DNA from: Stylophora pistillata
Taxonomy: Eukaryota
NCBI RefSeq assembly: GCF_002571385.2
Contig: NW_019218266.1
Location: 89,218-153,217 of the forward strand
DNA: 64,000 bases
Direction: 5' to 3'
The translations under genes and the position numbers were made by a program. Of the stretch, positions 60,653-64,000 are shown one piece after another. Within the stretch, counting starts at the first letter, position 1. The number at the start of each line of letters is the position of its first letter. The notes below the pieces were generated by a model that did not search any database, had not been told where the DNA came from, and saw only the letters and a program-made list of their open reading frames with translations.

Positions 60653-63600
60653 ATGAGCCTAACACAGGTCAGAGACGTCTCTGTAGAGGACATATGCAAA
60701 AGAACAAAGCCAAGAAAACATTACGTAAGCTTTTTTCGAAGGGTCATAAAACCAACCTTGTTCCCAGGGTCCTTTCCCTTTCTCCCTCGAGAAAGGAGGA
60801 AGATGGAGGACCCTGGGAACGAGGTTGTCGGGAAACGACTTGAATCGGAAGAGCTTTAGTAACAGCCCTCCAGTCTTAGGCAAGTGCTGGACACGTGGCC
60901 ATTGGAGGTCCAATCATCGATTAAACATCTTATCAAAATCATTTTATTGGCAGGAATTAGCTTTGAACAAAATAAATGCAAAATTGTAATGGATCTGACG
61001 AGGGATTCAAGATCCTTGGGGACTATAAAGGGACTCTAATATGAGGCTCTCAAAATAAAGAGGTTTCTGAAGAGATTATGTCCATTTTCAACGAGTCAGT
61101 ATTACGACGGTAACAACAAAGTGGTGTTTCTAATGGACTAAACTTAACGCAATGTCCAAAGCTACAGCTAGGCGCAGGAAAGATCTCTATGGAGGCATTT
61201 TCTGATATTCCTTAATTCTAAATGAGACAGGATAATCAATTGAACTAATTTCTGTATTCGTCGTTAGGTATACTCCATTCAAGTTCATTGGCATAGCGGA
61301 CCCATCACTCCAGTCTACAGAAGCTACAGTAACCTCCTTGAACTACAGGTACTCGTATTACTGAATCTCACCATAGTCTGTCCGACAGGAGACTGGCTAT
61401 GAAAATTGGAAATAATCAAAATTAAAAACCACGGTGCCTGAGCTTATGTTGGGAGCTCCTTGACGTAATCATTTGTTTGGGTGTTGCAACATATATATGG
61501 CAACTAAATGAATCAATGGTGCGATGGGACGTTAGTACAACATCCTTCGAATGCAATCGAACTTGATTCATGGTCCGATACAAAAAAGAACTTGACATAA
61601 ACTTTTAAACAAAGAAATCGTTTTAGTCTCCTAACTAATGCATTATATCCCCGAGATTACATCAACTATGGCATAAAAAAATTTCTTACAGCAAATTTGT
61701 GCCCCCTTTGTGGAGAGTTTCATGCCAGTTGAACAACCTATGAGAACACCACGAGATCTTATGTGGTGTGATTGTTTCACAGGAAAAGTTACTAAGAATA
61801 GAAGACTTCCTCCTGAACAATGACAATGAAACACCTTTCGGAACCCTGCTCAAAGGTAAATTAAAAGTTAGTCAGGAAGCTCCATAAATGTTTGGTCAAC
61901 ATGACTATTTTTGGCTAACATACGTTTTAGGATCGATATCTCATTTCGTCTCCAACATTTTCTCCACAGAAAAGTCATTTTCTGAAAGGTTTACTATTAA
62001 AAAACGAGCCAAAGCATTAAAAAGAATGCCTGTCGTACAAGAATTCCTCAAAGTAAGTTATAACTTAGCCATGTCATGTTGACACAACGAAGCTCATTTC
62101 TTGAAGTCAGAGCAGCCATAATCTTTTCAAGTTTGCTGTGTAAACCACAAGACTGAATTAATCGACTTTAATCAACGAATACTTAATCAGAAACTTCTAG
62201 TGACAGAATAAAAAGGGGCGGCCACGCTTAGTAAAACAACACAACGAGTACATAGCGAGTACAAGTTTCGACATGGCGGTTCTCTCATGCACTCGAGAAC
62301 ATGTTTTTGAACTGTCTCTGCGCATGTGCCGAACGCACACCGCAGGTTAATAATATTGCGGTCTAGACTACTAGTCACCAGATTCCACATTTGCCGCTGA
62401 CAAAGTATTTCAAAGGGTGTATAGCTAAAGGACATGAAAAAGAAAGGGGTAGTTTTGTGGAGAAACGGTGGTGTTGTATCGGTGGCCATAGATAGCATTA
62501 CAAAATATAATTTTGTTTTATCAACTGAGTTGATAATGTAACGTGTCGACTATAGAGAGTTTCTTCGGCTGAAGTTTCGAGCGTTAGCCCTTCGTCAGAG
62601 TAAAAAGCAAAATTTTCCAACGACACCAACTGCAAGATTTTTTTTCTTAATTTTTTTCAAATTTTTGTCAAAGCTGATTGGCCATTCACGTTAAATTCGA
62701 ATAACGATTTGTTTTTTATCTCAGTCTGTAGTTCATCAACCTCAACATATTTCTGGATCGGATCCTGTGATAAAATTTTTTCATCCGCTTCCCGACGATG
62801 TTATCGAATTAGACCATGAACAAGCAGAGTAAGTGAACAATTGTAGTGCACTTGTGTCTTATTATTTTTTTATGAGAGAATCCATCCCGATGATATCAAA
62901 TGAGGTCGAAACTTTCATCTACAACTCGCACCAAGGCGCACATTCCGTGGTTTAAAGACATCAGTTATCATATCATTAGAGCTCATTCTAATATTTTTGC
63001 AGTTCAAACAAAGGCGATCCGCTACAAGAGAAATGTTCAATGAAATATTATTCTTTTATTTTTCTTTAGAAAACATCGAGATATGGATAGAGGTGGATCT
63101 AAAGCAAAACGTAAGCCAGCTTTACTATCAAACAATATCTAACATGAACTCTTGAGCCCAGGGGTCAAAAACCTTTTAAAAAAATTTTGCAATTAATTAA
63201 GCTTCACCCTACAAATTATATTGTCGTTGTTGTATGTACACACTGTTTTAATTAACAGTAACAATCATCTCTTAAAATTCCTGTTCGTTCGCACTTATGT
63301 CTCGCTCGACTAGCTTAGTCGGTAGAGTGAAACTCTAAACCTGAGATTTAGTCGTAAATTCGAGACATACATTGGGCGTTCAGTAGAAATGATTTTGCAA
63401 ACACGATGTTGTGCAAATCACGCTTTTTTGTTGTTGTTGATGTTTGTTGCAAGTTAGTTGATCAAAAAGTAGATGGATATCCGCATTAAAAGACAACTAA
63501 AAAATAAGAAATTGATTTTTTAAAGAGAAATTTTTAAATTTCCTGTATCAGACATTCATCACATATCGGAGCCATTCTTACTAGAGCAGTACGTAGCAAT

Positions 63601-63683
63601 CGCAGATTACAAAAGTACAGGAGTAAATGACATAAGTCTCAACGCTGGGAACGTCGTGGAAGTTATCCAGAAAAATGAACACG
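60653..63683 (+). CDS. PX + SH3 domain protein (SH3PXD2/Tks - p47phox/NOXO1 organiser family), partial; continues beyond the window
   Basis: Exons 60653-60724, 61268-61348, 61783-61855, ~61969-62052, 62725-62828, 63070-63110 and 63552-63683. KHYVYSIQVHW..VYRSY and HISGSDPVIKFF (PX); EPFLLEQYVAIADY...LNAGNVVEVIQKNEHG (first SH3). Confidence 0.8.
60753..60827. repeat. Short foldback MITE
   Basis: CAACCTTGTTCCCAGGGTC...GACCCTGGGAACGAGGTTG. Confidence 0.65.
63304..63378 (+). pseudogene. Degenerate tRNA-Lys pseudogene
   Basis: GCTCGACTAGCTTAGTCGGTAGAG...TTCGAGACATACATTGGGCG aligns to the tRNA-Lys at 60318, with disrupted anticodon and T arms. Confidence 0.65.
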
Positions 63684-64000
63684 GTGAGTGATGCAATGTC
63701 CAGCTTGTTAAAGGCGTGACAGCCATATGAACTCATTCTCTATAGACCATGTGATAAATCAAATTTTCTTGGCTTCATGGTTTATAATTATTACAATTTT
63801 TTAAGTATTGAGGGCTTCCTTCGCTGCGCGTGCCCTGCACACTCCGTTATAATTTTCAGGGCAAGAAATTGAAATCCGAAAAGTAACTGACATAACCTTT
63901 AATTTTTGGAAATCGTCTTCAAAGATGCTGAAAATTTCTCTGCATACCCCACCATTTTGAATCTTACTCAGCAACCTTTTTCCATTACGTGGTAATGACT

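Overview
This is an AT-rich, intron-rich animal genomic window. The repeat families and gene content point to a cnidarian, most likely a scleractinian coral (inference). Twelve spliced protein genes could be reconstructed by hand from GT-AG boundaries and reading-frame continuity: RBM19(-, partial), a stand-alone polynucleotide 3'-phosphatase(+), an RWD-domain/Obg(Ygr210-type) GTPase fusion(-), COX6A(+, last exon missing at a gap), AIFM3-like(+), PIGS(-), YDJC(+), isocitrate lyase(-), malate synthase(+), GUCD1(-), SNRPD3(+) and a PX-SH3 NOX-organiser/Tks-like gene(+, partial). Ten of them form five head-to-head pairs. There are five highlights. (1) Both signature glyoxylate-shunt enzymes form a divergent pair, both end in the peroxisomal signal AKL, and HNF4-type DR1 motifs lie next to both putative TATA boxes. 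(2) An RWD domain is fused to an Obg-family GTPase. (3) An intact hammerhead ribozyme (retrozyme-type) lies in sense orientation in the last PIGS intron. (4) A Ginger1-like MITE occupies almost the whole PIGS/YDJC shared promoter. (5) The GUCD1/SNRPD3 head-to-head pair also exists in human. The window also holds a tRNA-Lys(CTT), a tRNA pseudogene, tRNA-derived tandem repeats, LINE and Penelope fragments, and many MITEs, some of them nested.
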